Below, one piece after another: positions 23,381-36,050 of a stretch of DNA of 64,000 nt. Every line of letters begins with the position of its first letter. The stretch's first letter is position 1. Made by a program: the position numbers and the translations under genes. The notes under the pieces were generated by a model. That model saw nothing but the letters and a program-made list of their open reading frames with translations, was not told the origin of the DNA and did not search any database. Origin of the DNA: Squalus acanthias. Lineage: Eukaryota. The DNA lies in NCBI GenBank assembly GCA_030390025.1, contig CM059431.1:24180001-24244000 (forward strand). Reading direction: 5' to 3'.

Positions 23381-24796
23381 CTTTAAAACATAGAATGTAA
23401 TTTATTATTCTGCAGCACTTACTGTTACTGTGTACTTATTTTTGCGATTACTGCAGACCAGCCACTACAATACGGACACAGTGTTGCATGACAAGGTGCT
23501 ACACCTACATGCAACACATTCATAGCTTTGTAAAATGATCAGGTTTAGTAAGTAAGGTATATTCTGTCTGATTAAACAGCAAGCTGTGTTTACAAGTGTG
23601 CCCGACAAACAATGCAATGTATCTTTCAAAACAACCTTCCAGGAACCTTCACGAAAAGCTCAAAAAATCAGCAATTTTGTAATGGACCCAGTCTCTAAGT
23701 ACAGACAGACTCCATACGGATGGACTTTAAATCTTGGGAAAATCCCAGAATAAATCTTTGAAGAGATCAATGGCCTTTCACAATTCATTATTCAAAAGTG
23801 AAAGGCTTTAATGATCTTTACTTTGAACAAAATTACTGAAAATTCAACTACAGTAATTGTATGATAATTTTGTTAAAAATTGGGTTAATTTTATTAAAAT
23901 TTTCAGTGACATGAAGGAGTGAATTTATCCAGTGAGTAGCTGGGCCATATGGAATAGGAGGTCCCCTGGTTCAATCTCCAGTGTGTGATGAGTAAGCTTA
24001 TTTCAGCCATGGCAGTAGTACAGATGCTCTAAATGGCCTTAACATCCCATGTTAGGGAATTAAAAATTGGCCAAAATTTCTGCTCCCGATTCAGCAACAC
24101 CTGCACATTGAGCAAGGACAAGATTCAAAGATTCATGGCTGTGAAGTTGCTCTCAATGGCCCTATTTTGCCGATTGTTAACTTGAGAAATGAGACATAAG
24201 ACTAACCGGTGAGGCCAGGCGTGGGCAGGAGGCTCATCAGATTCTTTTTTTTTTTAACAGCAGTGATGATATCCCAGGTACCCGCAACTTTATCAACAAG
24301 TGTGCTGCTCCCCTGGCCTCAACCCAAGATTCCACCCCCACCTCAAGCTCTAGGAACACTTTCCCTCTCAGCCTCATCCCCACTAACCCCTCTGCCAGCT
24401 TCATATTCTGAATTTGCTTTTCCATGGCCATCCTGGGCCCTGGAATTTCCTGCTGTTAATTGCCACCTCACAGGAAATTGATAGCGTTTCATTCCTGCTT
24501 CACACCTCAGGCTTTGAGTCTTGTTTCAGCTCCCATCGGACTGCTCTGTTACCTGGCTCCATGGTCGATTTGCCACTCAGCTCTTCCACTCATCGCCCAC
24601 GTGCTCTGTTCCTCTCCCAAAAAACTCTGCTCCATAGCTTATACCCAAGATTACATCTGAACCAATGCCACGAGAGATGTATTAGTCTATTATTGTTTCC
24701 TTTGCTTCCTCAACTCAACCCATACTTCACCATAAAAGTTACAGCAGTTGGAAATGAGAAGGTTTCTGTAGAGGGACAGTTAGAAATGCTCCTTAC

Positions 24797-24879
24797 CCTG
24801 CAGTTTGCTGGTTTGTTCGTAACAGAATCTTGACGTCATTATGAATTAGCTTCACTTTTCCAAGTGCTTTGAAGAAGTC
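24797..24879 (-). CDS. COG6: COG6 coding exon (exon 6 equivalent), 83 bp
   Basis: DFFKALGKVKLIHNDVKILLRTNQQTA(G); ttctag acceptor, gtaag donor. Confidence 0.96.
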
Positions 24880-24971
24880 CTAGAAGCATATCAAAGATTA
24901 TATGGCACAATTTTGTAAGTGCTATGCAATGCTTCTGCTTCATAATAGGAAGCTGATGACGTGTGGATTAC

Positions 24972-25083
24972 CTCTGTGATCGGTCCCTCTCTTGGACCTC
25001 GGAGGATATTCAGTTCCTCTGCCTTTAGTTGAAACTTGGACAAGAAAGCATCTGCCACCTCGGCTCGGATTTCTAATCGTTGA
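24972..25083 (-). CDS. COG6: COG6 coding exon (exon 5 equivalent), 112 bp
   Basis: [37 protein letters not shown]; ttacag acceptor, gtaat donor. Confidence 0.95.
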
Positions 25084-26339
25084 CTGTAATGTAAAAACAG
25101 TAAGATCAGAGGGGATGGTTATGATTTTCTACTGCTTAGGCTTGCAGTATAACTTCCAGTCTTCAGCTGATTGGGCAAACTCGGAACACCACATGAATGC
25201 AAAGAATTTGATCACATCAGACATTGCTAAATTGAGGTATGATTTGCTGTAAACTTGGTTAACAGTATACCCAGCATAGCTGAAGAAGAGATATTGGGCA
25301 AACTGAATTGATAATGATGGGGCTGGTATTCACTTGTCTAGCGGCTGTATAAATAGTGGGCATCTCCTATACAAATTGCATACAACTTCATTGCATTACA
25401 TTAGCTAGTGTTTGCTTTTATATTGTGTTTTAGCTAATTATGAAATCTTTTTATTTGTTTGGTTAAATCCATCCCATGATTTTTTAAACAGTAGCTGTAT
25501 GAATGAAAAAGAATCAGTTTCACTATTACAACATGAACACTTTGACTAATACATCTCTGATAAGGGCCGGGTTCACCAGCTTTTGCAGGTTTGGTGGAAG
25601 CTCAAACAGCTTCGGAACAGGCTCGAGGGGCTGAATGGCCTACTCCTGTTCCTATGTTCCTTCCTTACAGGCTCTGGGCTCCACCTTGGAGAGACAGGTA
25701 TCCACCTTGGACAGATTGGTGGACTGAATAGATAGAGGCTTTCAAGGAGATACTCATCTTCTAAAGTCTGTTCTCCTGCAGATCAGTGGAAGAGATGAGC
25801 CTCAGCCCCACAGGAGTGGCAGTGGTGCAACGGGAGCGTTACACATTGCCCTCTCTCAGTAGGTCAGTACTTCTGCTCCTTCGCCACCCCCTCAACTAAT
25901 ACCCACCATGGTGCTAGCAAGTCAGCTGGGCCAGACTGCCTTGCAGTCTGCAGCTGGGTCCTCGCAGGCTCGATTACACAGAAGTCACGGGCATCTCGAG
26001 GGTCCCCACATGTGGAACTGTAGCCTTTCACCAGCTTTGCGGAGGCCACTGGGGAAGCACCTCGTAGTAGCAGCAGAGTTAATAAACCTTCTTTTAAGAA
26101 AAGCACCACGGGTGAAAAATTAATGGCAGGCAATTATTATGTTTGTCATTAAATTTATCACTTTGGTCTGCAGTGTGAAAGAAAAAAAGACTTGCATTTC
26201 TATAGAGCCTTTCATGACCTCAGGACGTCCCGAAGCGCTTTATAGCCAATGAAGTACATTGTTGCAATGTGCTTTAATAGCAGCTTCTGAGTCTGCATTG
26301 TCAGTATGCCATTGATATAGAACCTGTCTGAATCGTTAT

Positions 26340-26620
26340 TGCAGCTGTGTACTGAAGACTGGGAGATGCGGGTGATGTCCCCTGTAGCTGACTGAAAGGA
26401 GCCAATGGCAAAGAAATTAAGGGCTGTGGTGACTTTAACAGCCTCTGGCAAAGAATGGCCCCCCTGGTCCAGCAGGCAGCAGGTCCTGTTGCAGGAGGCT
26501 GCAAAAGTATGCAACAGCCTGCTTAGAGAAGCACAGCCTCCTGATGCACTGCTCTTCAGAGAGATCCAAGAAAAGTGACTGTTGGCCTGTACACCCCATG
26601 TGCTGAGTATGGCCTCCTAA
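26340..26620 (-). pseudogene. PIF/Harbinger (HARBI1-like) transposase N-terminal remnant
   Basis: Frameshifted pieces RRPYSAHGVYRP / FLDLSEEQCIRRLCFSKQAV...LLQQDLLP / LPEAVKVTTALNFFAIGSFQSATGDITRISQSSVHSC, the HTH region typical of Harbinger transposases. Confidence 0.85.
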
Positions 26621-28129
26621 GAGCAGCCCCTTTTGCCTGCTGTCTTCCGATAGGCCCAGATTCTGCTGGATGCTGCTGCTCCTCTTCCTCCGAGTTCTTC
26701 CATCCAAATGAAACTAATAATACTAGCACCCACTGTAAACAGATAAAGCTTACTGAAGGTGATAAGGCAAAAAAAAAAGTGAGAAAGAATCGACCTGGAA
26801 GCTGGAAACTCTCCTGGGAATCCAAATAACACAAAGATCCTGTGATCCACTTAACTGCAGGTGAGTGTCCCTTTAAATACTGCTTCAGTGGCGATAAGAC
26901 ATCAATCCCACCAGATTTTACTCAGGCACTAGGCAGGGCTTCCACGAATGTGAGTTAAAATGTACTGGGGTCCTAATTGCATCATACGACCCTGATTTTA
27001 ATACATTCACATCTACCTGTAGCGGGCACCTAGGCCAACTCTGGAAAGTGTGCAGTTAAAAAGGCAGTATGCAGGAACACGTCAGGAACGTAGCAGTAAA
27101 TACTCTATCGCTTTATATTGCAATTTTGTAACAAGGTAGTACGGCAAAGAATCCAATAGGTGGCAGCAACAATCAGCACATCTCCAATTTTTTCCCCGAA
27201 ACAAAATGCAGCTTCTTGACCAATAAAAACACATTAAAAAGTAACTGCAAACTTGAGTTTCAATTCGAGAGGTGCCTTTAAATGCTCAGTCCCCATTTTT
27301 CTTTGCTTAGCACCCTATTTTCTCCCCTTCCCACATTACAACAGTGACCACTTCAAAAGTACTTCATTGGCTGTAATGCGCTTTGAGACGTCCAGTGGTC
27401 ATGAAAGGCGCTATATAAATGCAAGTCTTTCTTTTCTTCTCTTCTGAAGACAGTGACTCACACAGGTGTCTTCAACTTCTTCCCTCTATCTCCACCCCAA
27501 GTACCTCACCCAATTTTCATGTGTGAGCCAAAACAGCGAGGTTATCAGACTGCGCAGCTTAACAACCAAGCCAATTTTGCCCTCAATCAAAATCCATATG
27601 CACATTTTTCAGCAGGGGACACTGAAAAGCGAACAGGAGTGAGAACCCTGGCAACCTTTTCCCCATTAGGTGGGACAGGAATGCCGATTGCTGACTGCTC
27701 CGGCGGGTCAAGGGTTAAACTTCGTTTTCCTGCACAGTATCACGCCACATTGTGCATTTAGCCACAGAGCCATCAGGGGATCTTCGCCTTCCATTTTTTT
27801 TTTTACTCCTGCATAGCATTTTCTCCAAGGCTAAGACAACAAGGTAGAAATGCACAGACAGAAAACACGAAAAAGTTAGCAGCCAACCTCTCAGTGCAGC
27901 AACCCACCAATTAGTCACAGGGAGCATCAACCCTAGCCAACACCACTAGTATGCAAGGTACCTCTCCACCATCCACAAACCCAACTAATTCCAGAACTGA
28001 GGGCTAAACCAGCTTCTTTGCGCCCCCCCCCCACCCCCGCCCAGTGCAGACAGCCTGATATGGTGATACATTCGGACAGTGACTTTCTAAACAAAAAATG
28101 GGCGTGTATGTTCTTGTAAAATGTGTTCT

Positions 28130-28290
28130 GCTAAACACACAATGACTTCATAAAATATCTGTGATTGTACAGCTAAACATACAATGACTTCATAAGTTAT
28201 ATGTGAATGCACACCTGTGTATCACAGCTTCATAAAATATAGGTGTGAATGTACACATATACGTATCATAGCTTCATAAAACGTGAATAT
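28130..28290. repeat. Degenerate tandem repeat, ~42-bp unit x4
   Basis: cttcataa at 28146, 28188, 28228, 28272, each followed by tgtgaat/gtgatt. Confidence 0.7.
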
Positions 28291-28671
28291 ACTTTCCTGA
28301 GAATCCAATAAAAAAAATCTTTTAAGACAATCAGCTATTAGTCAACGTAGAACACACTATGATTTTAATACCGAATCTCGCAAAATCTTATATGAGGTGG
28401 AAACCCTGCTGTACAGATTCAAAATATGAACAGCATAACGGGATATCCAATTAATGAACACAGCATTGCTCAAATCTACAAGACAAGTCTGACAATAGGC
28501 TGGAAACTTAGGATGAATGCTAAATAAGTGTTGGCCTTTCCTGAACTCTTGATTAATTCTGGATGCCAGGCACTGCTACACTGAATGGTAAAACAGGTTT
28601 ACACCTACAATTTCTCACACAGGGTTTTGTTGGGCTATTTGAGGCATTCTCATTAACCTCCTAGCTGGTTA

Positions 28672-30790
28672 TAGAATCATAGAATGGTTACAGCACAGAA
28701 GGAGGCCATTCAGTCCGTCGAGCCCGCGCCGGCTCGCTGCAAGAGCACTTCAGCTAGTCCCACTCCCCCGCCCTTTCCCCATAGCCATGCAATTTTTTTT
28801 CCTTCGGGTACTTAACCAATTCCCTTTTGAAAGCCATGATTGAATCTGCCTCCATCACCCTTTCAGGCAGTGCATTCCAGATCATAACCACTCACTGCAT
28901 AAAAAAGTTTCCCCTCATATCTCCTTTTGTTTCTTCTGCCAATCAACTTTAATCTGTGTCCTCTGGTTCTCGACCCTTCCGCCAATGGGAACAGTTTCTC
29001 TCTATCTACTCTGTCTAGACCAGTCATGATTTTGAACACCTCTATCAAATCTCCTCTCACCTTCTCTGCTCGAAGGAGAACAACTCCAGCTTCTCCAGTC
29101 TATCCACGTAACTGAAGTCCCTCATCCCTGGAACCATTCTTGTAAATCTTCTCTGCACTCTCTCTAAGACCTTCACATCCTTCCTAAAGTGCGGTGCCCA
29201 GAATTGGACACAATACTCCAGTTGAGGCCAAACCAGTGTTTTATAAAGATTCATCATAACTTCCTTGCTTTTGTACTCTATGCCTCTATTTATGAAGCCC
29301 AGGATCCCGTATGCTTTTTTAACCACTTTCTCAACCTGCCCTGTCACCTTCAACGATTTGTGCACACATACCCCCAGGTCTCTCTGTTCGTGCACCCCCT
29401 TCAGAATTGTAGCCTTTAGTTTATATTTCCTCTCCTCATTCATCCTACCAAAATGTATCACTTCGCACTTTTCTACGTTAAATTTCATCTGCCACGTGTC
29501 CGCCATTCCACTAGCCTATCTATGTCCTCTTGAAGTCTATCACTATCCTCTTCACTGTTCACTATACTTCTAAGTTTTGTGTCATCTACAAATTTTAAAA
29601 TTGTGCCCTGTACACCCAAGTCTAAGTCATTAATATAGATCAAGAAAAGCAGTGGTCTTAGTATCGACCCCTGGGGAACCCCACTGTGTACCTTCCTCCA
29701 GTCCGATAAACAACCGTTCACCACTACTCTCTGTTTCCGGTCATTTAGCTAATTTTGTATCCATGCTGCCACTGACCCTTTTATTTCATGGACTTCAACT
29801 TTGCTGGCAAGCCTATTATATGGCACTTTATCAAACGCCTTTTGGAAGTCCATGTACACCACCAACTACATTGCCCTCGTCAACCCACTCTGTTACCTCA
29901 TCAAAAAACTCACTCAATCAAGTTAGTTAAACATGATTTGCCTTTAACAAATCCGTGCTGGCTTTCCTTAATTAATCCACACTTGTCCAAGTGACTATTA
30001 ATTTTGTCCCAGATTATCATTTCTAAAAGCTTCCCCACTACCGAGATTAAACTCACTGGCCTGTAATTGCTGGGTTTATCCTTACACCCTTTTTTGAACA
30101 AGGGTGTAACATTTGCAATTCTCCAGTCCTCTGGCACCACCCCCGTATCCAAGGAGGATTGGAAGATTATGGCCAGTACCTCCACAAATTCCACCTTTAC
30201 TTCCCTCAGCATTCGAGGATGCATCCCATCCGGTCCTGGTGACTTATCTACTTTAAGTACAGCCTGCCTTTCTAGTACCTCATCATCAATTTTTATCCCA
30301 TCCAGTGTCTCAACTACCTCCTCTTTCACTGTGACTTTGGCAGCATCTTCTTCCTTGGTAAAGACAGATGCAAATAACTCACTCATTTAGTACCTCAGCC
30401 ATGCCCTCTGCCTCCATGCGTAGGTCTCCATTTTGGTCCCTAATCGGCCCCACCCCTCCTCTTACCACCCGTTTATTATTTATATGCCTAAAGACGACTT
30501 TTGAATTCCCTTTTATGATTGCTGCCAGTCTATTCTTATACTCTCTCTTTGCCCCTCTTATTTCCTTTTTCACTTCTCCTCTGAACTTTGTATATTCAGC
30601 CAGTTCTTACTTGTATTCTCAACCTGACATCTGTCATATGCCCCCTTTTTCTGCTTCATCTTATTCTCTATCTCTTTCGTCATCCAGGGAGCTCTGGCTT
30701 TGGTTGCTCTACCTTTCCCCCTCGTGAGAATGTACCTCGACTGTACCCGAACCATCTCCTCTTTAAAGGCAGCCCATTGTTCGATTATTG
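28672..30790 (-). mobile_element. CR1 LINE, 5'-truncated and frameshifted
   Basis: ORF pieces KSPGPDGMHP, NYRPVSL, GVPQGSIL, FVDDTK, LEYCVQFW, RTRGH; (attctatg)n tail. Confidence 0.92.
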
Positions 30791-31070
30791 TATGATATTC
30801 ATAGAAGCCAGGGTGCAAACTTTCTTCCTGCCTTCTCAGTTGGGGAATGGAATATTACAACACGTAAGTTACAACACGGAAACAGGCTATTTGGCCCAAC
30901 CGGTCTATGTTGATGTTTACCCTCCAAATGAACAAATGGTGTGCGTGCAGTGTGGTATGGTCAGAAAAATACAACAAACAACCACCGTTCTGGAATGTCA
31001 TCATTCCAGAAGGTTCACCATCACATCCATGATGTTGCTGGTGGATGCAAGAGTGGAGACCTTAGAGGTA

Positions 31071-31137
31071 GGTAGGCCTGAGGCAGGGCCGGAAGGGAGG
31101 CCTGAGGCAGGGCCGGAAGGGAGGCCTGAGCCAGGGC
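31071..31137. repeat. 24-bp minisatellite, ~2.8 units
   Basis: gggaggcctgaggcagggccggaa repeated. Confidence 0.85.
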
Positions 31138-31322
31138 TGCAGCAAGCGACAGCCAAGGGTCCAGGCATTAGAAAGTGGAATACAAGGGGAATGAGGAACA
31201 AGTTAGGGCTAAGGCTTTGCTGGTGATGAAGGTATCAGGAACCTGCTGGAAAGTACTATGGAGGTTAGTTGTGATTTATCTCTTTCCTTCTTTAAATTTG
31301 CTGGACTGGCTATAGAAATTGA

Positions 31323-31548
31323 TGCGGAGATGCCGGTGTTGGACTGGGGTGGACAAAATTGAGAGGTCGCACAACACCAGGTTATAGTCCAACAGTTTTA
31401 TTTGAAATCACAAGCTTTCGGAGCTATCGCTCCTTCCTCAGGTGTATCCAATTTACTTCACCTGAGGAAGGAGCGATAGCTCCGAAAGCTTGTGATTTCA
31501 AATAAAACTGTTGGACTATAACCTGGTGTTGTGCGACCTCTCAATTTT
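31323..31548. mobile_element. Penelope-like pLTR insertion: perfect 90-bp inverted repeat plus tail
   Basis: Arms 31355-31444 and 31459-31548 are exact reverse complements, 14-bp spacer; TATAGAAATTGA duplicated at 31311-31322 and 31548-31559; hammerhead core in each arm. Confidence 0.85.
31458..31495 (+). ncRNA. Minimal type I hammerhead ribozyme motif (mirror copy on - strand at 31408-31444)
   Basis: tcac-CTGAGGA-a-ggagc(gata)gctcc-GAAA-gcTT-gtga: CUGANGA and GAAA cores, 5-bp helix II, TCAC/GTGA helix I, palindromic AAGCTT helix III. Confidence 0.75.
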
Positions 31549-32688
31549 ATAGAAATTGAAGCAGGGTATTCCCATGGCAGCGAAGGGGGACCATTTCCCT
31601 CCTACTATCTGATTAGTTTACTGTTACTAATATGAAAAGCAACCAATCACAAAACTCAGCTTAAACTGAACCAATCAGAAAACTTGAACATGAGCCAATA
31701 TAGATACTAAAAAAAAGCTGAGCTACAAAGATTTATTTTGCCCAGACTGGCTTTGAAAACTAATCAGATTAACAGAACATCTTTTCCTCTAATCACAAAT
31801 GAAAAAAAAACACGATTAGGGCATCTCAACCGCCTCAGTCATTTTGTTTGTGGATCCCACGAAAGAACATTTCAGCATTTAGAATTTGTTCTTACACAAT
31901 CTATGTGGAAATCAATGAGAAACAGATACCTTGATAACAAATATCCTTTTGTATCATATTAACCAAGGAAAGCTTCTTAAATTAAAAAAAATGATCTCTA
32001 ACTCCGCCTTGTAACTGCTTTAACACCAAAAGTAAATACTTAATTCTCTGTTCTTTTTGCCAAAAATACATTTTAACAGTTCAGCAGGTTTTCAAAGCTA
32101 CTGCAGTCACATTAAAATGACATCCTTCTATGAAGACAAACCCGCCATTCATAGTCTGCTCTTCATACATAAACAAAAACGTGCAGAACATGGGAACTCG
32201 AGACAAAAATACCGCCCCTGCACAGGAAAGGAGCTGGAACACAAGCCTGCTTTATATTCCCGGGAGGAACCCAGTGGAGCCAGAGAGCCACAATTATAAT
32301 AGTTTCCAAGGCAATAGAACTTGAGTGTGAGAGCACTCATTCTGGAGTTGTTGTTAACACTGGGCGTTCTTTCTCCTTTAGCACAATACAAAGTGCACTG
32401 CTCTTTGGGATTATCACCCAGGTGTCTCGAAGTATAACAAAATAAAAACGACTCTGCCCTCAACAAGAAAGTACATTTTCAATGCCAGAGAAAGTACTGA
32501 CCCTAGTTCATTGTGATTTTGTCTGAAGTTTAACTTGGTATTTTAAGACCGCACTCCAAGAATGTAACGCTATAGAATGCTCTGACTTTGACATATTAGT
32601 CTGCAAATCTCTTACATTTGATTAATATGCAAAAGTTTTGAGAATAAACGGTTCTAAAATACAAGATTTCTGAACAAGAAGAGACAAT

Positions 32689-33295
32689 GGCCCGGATTTT
32701 GCAGTAGGAATAACGGCGAGGCTATCAGCACTCTCTGTTATTATGGAGTAAATCGGACATCAACTTCTGGCATGGGCACACGCGCAGTTAACTGTACGTG
32801 AATTTTTAACGTCGTGATAAGTCTTAAATACTGCCAAACAACCTCTCTGGCACTGAAAATTTACTTTTACAAGTGTGGCGTCTCATTCCTTCAGATTTTA
32901 AGTATTATTGGAGATTTAAAAAGAATTAAAAATTAATTTTTTTTAAACTTTCTCTATGTCTCTTTTAGCTCTCTCTCTCTTAATCCCATCTTTCGTTCCC
33001 TTTCTTTATTTTGCTTTCTGTACATGATTTTACTTGGGTTAAATATTCTAATTTATACTTCCTGGTTTAGACTGCACCGCTCAGTGAGGATTCTTCAATC
33101 TGATTGGTTGAAGAAACACGCTGTTGCTTGCCCTGTTTGCACAGGTCCCCGATCCCCTGGAGAGGGCACCGGGCTGAAATGGATCTCTAATTACCATAAA
33201 TTGCCGCGCAAAAGCCCAAGAAAAGTCTGTGAGCAGTTGTAAGCGTAATGAATGGCGAGTGCCGTTCCTTCGCCACTGACCGCAAAATCCGGGCC
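32689..33295. mobile_element. Non-autonomous Harbinger-type element
   Basis: TIR ggcccggattttgc / gcaaaatccgggcc, 3-bp TSD AAT; related to 37160-38752 and 62062-62680. Confidence 0.85.
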
Positions 33296-33904
33296 AATGA
33301 TAGAAGCTGGAAATAACAGCATGAGAGAAAAGCGAGAATTGGATTTTTTTTTGCTTGCATATGGTATAGGCGGCACTTCATTGAAAGCCTTACATCCAGA
33401 TATAAATACTGAAATATTGGGATAATCCAAGGGGAGAGAAAAGGAGAGAGAAATTAATGATATAATAAAGAAAAAAAAATTGATCTGACCTGAAGATTAG
33501 TACAACACAAATATTGCCCCGTTACATGTTCCTGAATGTACACCAATTATTATAAGTACAATGAATACACCGATAATGCACACCAATAGGCCTACATGAT
33601 TTATAGTGAGCTACCTACTATGATTTAGGTATGTTTTCAAATCCAAAGAAAAGTTCTAGAATCGAGACAGAAATATTTTTATTTAAATTTTCCAACTATA
33701 TAAAATTTTCTAGGATTTAGCTCGTGAACCTTCTGCCATCCTGTTAGTGCAATATGAAAGCATCAGAGTGTAAACCTCCCAAATGCTACCCAGCAACATC
33801 TGCTGGAGGACAGGTGTGCACAGTTAATAAGGACAAGGCTGCTCTTAGCCAGATGGCCACCACCATCAAATCACTTCAGGTCAAACTTGGTGGTTATATG
33901 CATT

Positions 33905-34540
33905 CATAGCGAGAGGGTTTGAGTACAGGAACAAGGATGTCTTGCTGCAGTTGTACAGGGCCTTGGTGAGACCACACCTTGAGTACTGTGTGCAGTTTTG
34001 GTCGCCTTATCTGAGGAAGGATGTTCTTGCCATGGAAGGAGTTCAGCGAAGATTCACAAGGCTGATACCTGGGATGGCAGGAATGACGTATGAAGAGAGA
34101 TTGCGTCGATTGGGCTTATACTCGCTGGATTTTAGAAGAATGAGAGGGGATCGCATTGAAACTTATAAAATTCTGACAGGACAGGACAAACTAGATGCAG
34201 GAAGGATGTTCCCGATGATCGGGGAGTCCAGAACCAGGGGTCACAGTCTAAGGATAAGGGGTAAGCCATTTAGGACAGAAATGAGGAGGAATTTCTTCAC
34301 CCAGAGAGTGGTGAACCTGTGGAATTCTCTGCCACAGAAGGCAGTCGAGGCCAATTCATTAAATAGATTCAAGAAGGAGTTGGATATATTTCTTAAGGCT
34401 AAAGGGATCAAGGGATATGGGGAGAAAGCAGGGACAGGGTACTGAATTTGGATGATCAGCCATGATCGCATTGAATGGCGGAGCAGGCTAGAAGGGCCGA
34501 ATGGCCTACTCCTGCTCCTATCTTCTATGATTCTATGATT
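33905..34540 (+). mobile_element. CR1 3' fragment, same young subfamily as 17307-20778
   Basis: ORF 33942..34445 nearly identical to the last 167 aa of the 953-aa ORF2; same 3' UTR. Confidence 0.93.
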
Positions 34541-34796
34541 TCCCCTTATAGCAAAATGTAATTAAGGATGCTGCAAGTATCAACAGATTTCTTTTTATAA
34601 TTACTCATTCTCAGGATACGGGCATCAATGGCAAGGCCAGCATTCATTGCCCATCCCTCGAGAAGGTGGTAGTGGGCCGCCTTCTTGAAATGCTGCAATG
34701 AAGGTGCTGCCATAATGCTGTTAGGGATTACAAATTTATTTTCTGAGTTTATAACCATACACGAACCTGATAAAGTTAATGCCTATCTTGCAGCTG

Positions 34797-34992
34797 TGAG
34801 AAGTCGCACAACACCAGGTTATAGTCCAACAGCTTTATTTGAAATCACAAGCTTTCGAAGCGCTGCTCCTTCGTCAGGTGAAGCAGCGCTCCGAAAGCTT
34901 GTGATTTCAAATAAAGCTGTTGGACTATAACCTGGTGTTGTGCGACTTCTCACATTTGTCCACCCCAGTCCAACACCAGCATCTCCACATCA
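34797..34992. mobile_element. Penelope-like pLTR inverted-repeat insertion
   Basis: Arms 34795-34867 / 34882-34954 (1 mismatch) plus tail gtccaccccagtccaacacc...; TATCTTGCAGCTG duplicated at 34784-34796 and 34993-35005. Confidence 0.85.
34845..34881 (-). ncRNA. Minimal hammerhead ribozyme motif
   Basis: rc tcac-CTGACGA-a-ggagc(agc)gcttc-GAAA-gcTT-gtga. Confidence 0.7.
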
Positions 34993-35767
34993 TATCTTGC
35001 AGCTGCAATCGCATTGCCATTCCAGATGTTTGCTTTAGAGTGATAATCTAGAGTGTGTGGAGGAGATTATAAATGTAGATCCTTACTGGCAACACAAGTT
35101 TAAAAAAAGGAGGCACATAAAAATTAAAACGGCGTAAAACATTTTAATCTTATGCGCTATCCCTTGCTCTCCAGTGCAATGTGCAAAATGGACCCAAGGA
35201 TCCCGCTAATTCACACTTGTATTATTCCTTCACCCTCTACCCCAAAGAAATTATTTTGGGAATAAAACTGTAAAGATATATGAGAAAAAGGAAAGAACCT
35301 AGAGTTAAGCCTATTACACACATCTGGTAAGATAGTAATAAAGAGCATGAATCTGGCAGATTTGCCTTTTTTAGCCCAGGGGCCACTGAAGCCAAATGTA
35401 GTTTCTTATTACGATCCCGTGTAAGATCAGGTAATGCTGGTTATGTATTGAAGCTGGGATTTTCCTGATCGCTATGCCGCAGTATCAAATACAGATTGCA
35501 TTTGCTGCCCTCCTGTAGAGAAAGCTACCATCATGATCAATACAGCTCCAAGCATAAAGGCACCACATGGTGTTTCACGGACTAGGAATGTCCCACATTT
35601 GAACCATGCTCAGTGCAGAGTGAGCTCTCAGCCAGAGTTGCAGTGGAACTCCACAACTGGCCTTAGTGTCTCTGACTATGGAAAGGAGAAGAAAAAACTA
35701 CTGACTAGTAGAAGGGATTTCCCTTCTGATCGCTGTCCAATGCAAGAATTGTGCATAGGAACTTCTG

Positions 35768-36050
35768 TGCGGTATGGCAGTGTAGTGGTTATGTTACTGG
35801 ACTAGTAAATCAGATGCCTGGATTAATAATCCAGAGAGCGTGAGTTCAAATCTCACCATGGTAGTTTGTGAATGGAAATAAAAGCTGTTGGATGGTCATA
35901 AAAACCCAACTAGTTCACTAGTGCCCTTTACAGAACTTACCCAGTGTGACCTACGTGACTTAACAGCCTTCTGAAGTGGCCTCACAAACCACTCAGTTGT
36001 ATCAATCCGCACAAGGAAAACAGCAGGTCAAGAAGCAGGCCCATCAACAC
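35768..36050 (+). mobile_element. SINE B copy
   Basis: ggtatggcagtgtagtggttatgttactggactagtaa...gagttcaaatc head with A/B-box-like motifs. Confidence 0.75.

Noticed and set aside
30588-31226. 212-aa ORF with GRPEAGPE repeats
   Set aside because: Chimera of antisense CR1 sequence and a 24-bp minisatellite; no protein-family signal
33870-33900. Candidate COG6 exon 4 (ACC ACC AAG...|gtga)
   Set aside because: Only TTK matches; no AAKEQTQDL upstream, and it abuts a CR1 fragment
35768-35860. tRNA gene
   Set aside because: A/B-box-like motifs belong to a SINE head; no cloverleaf and no terminator, and the sequence continues into the SINE body
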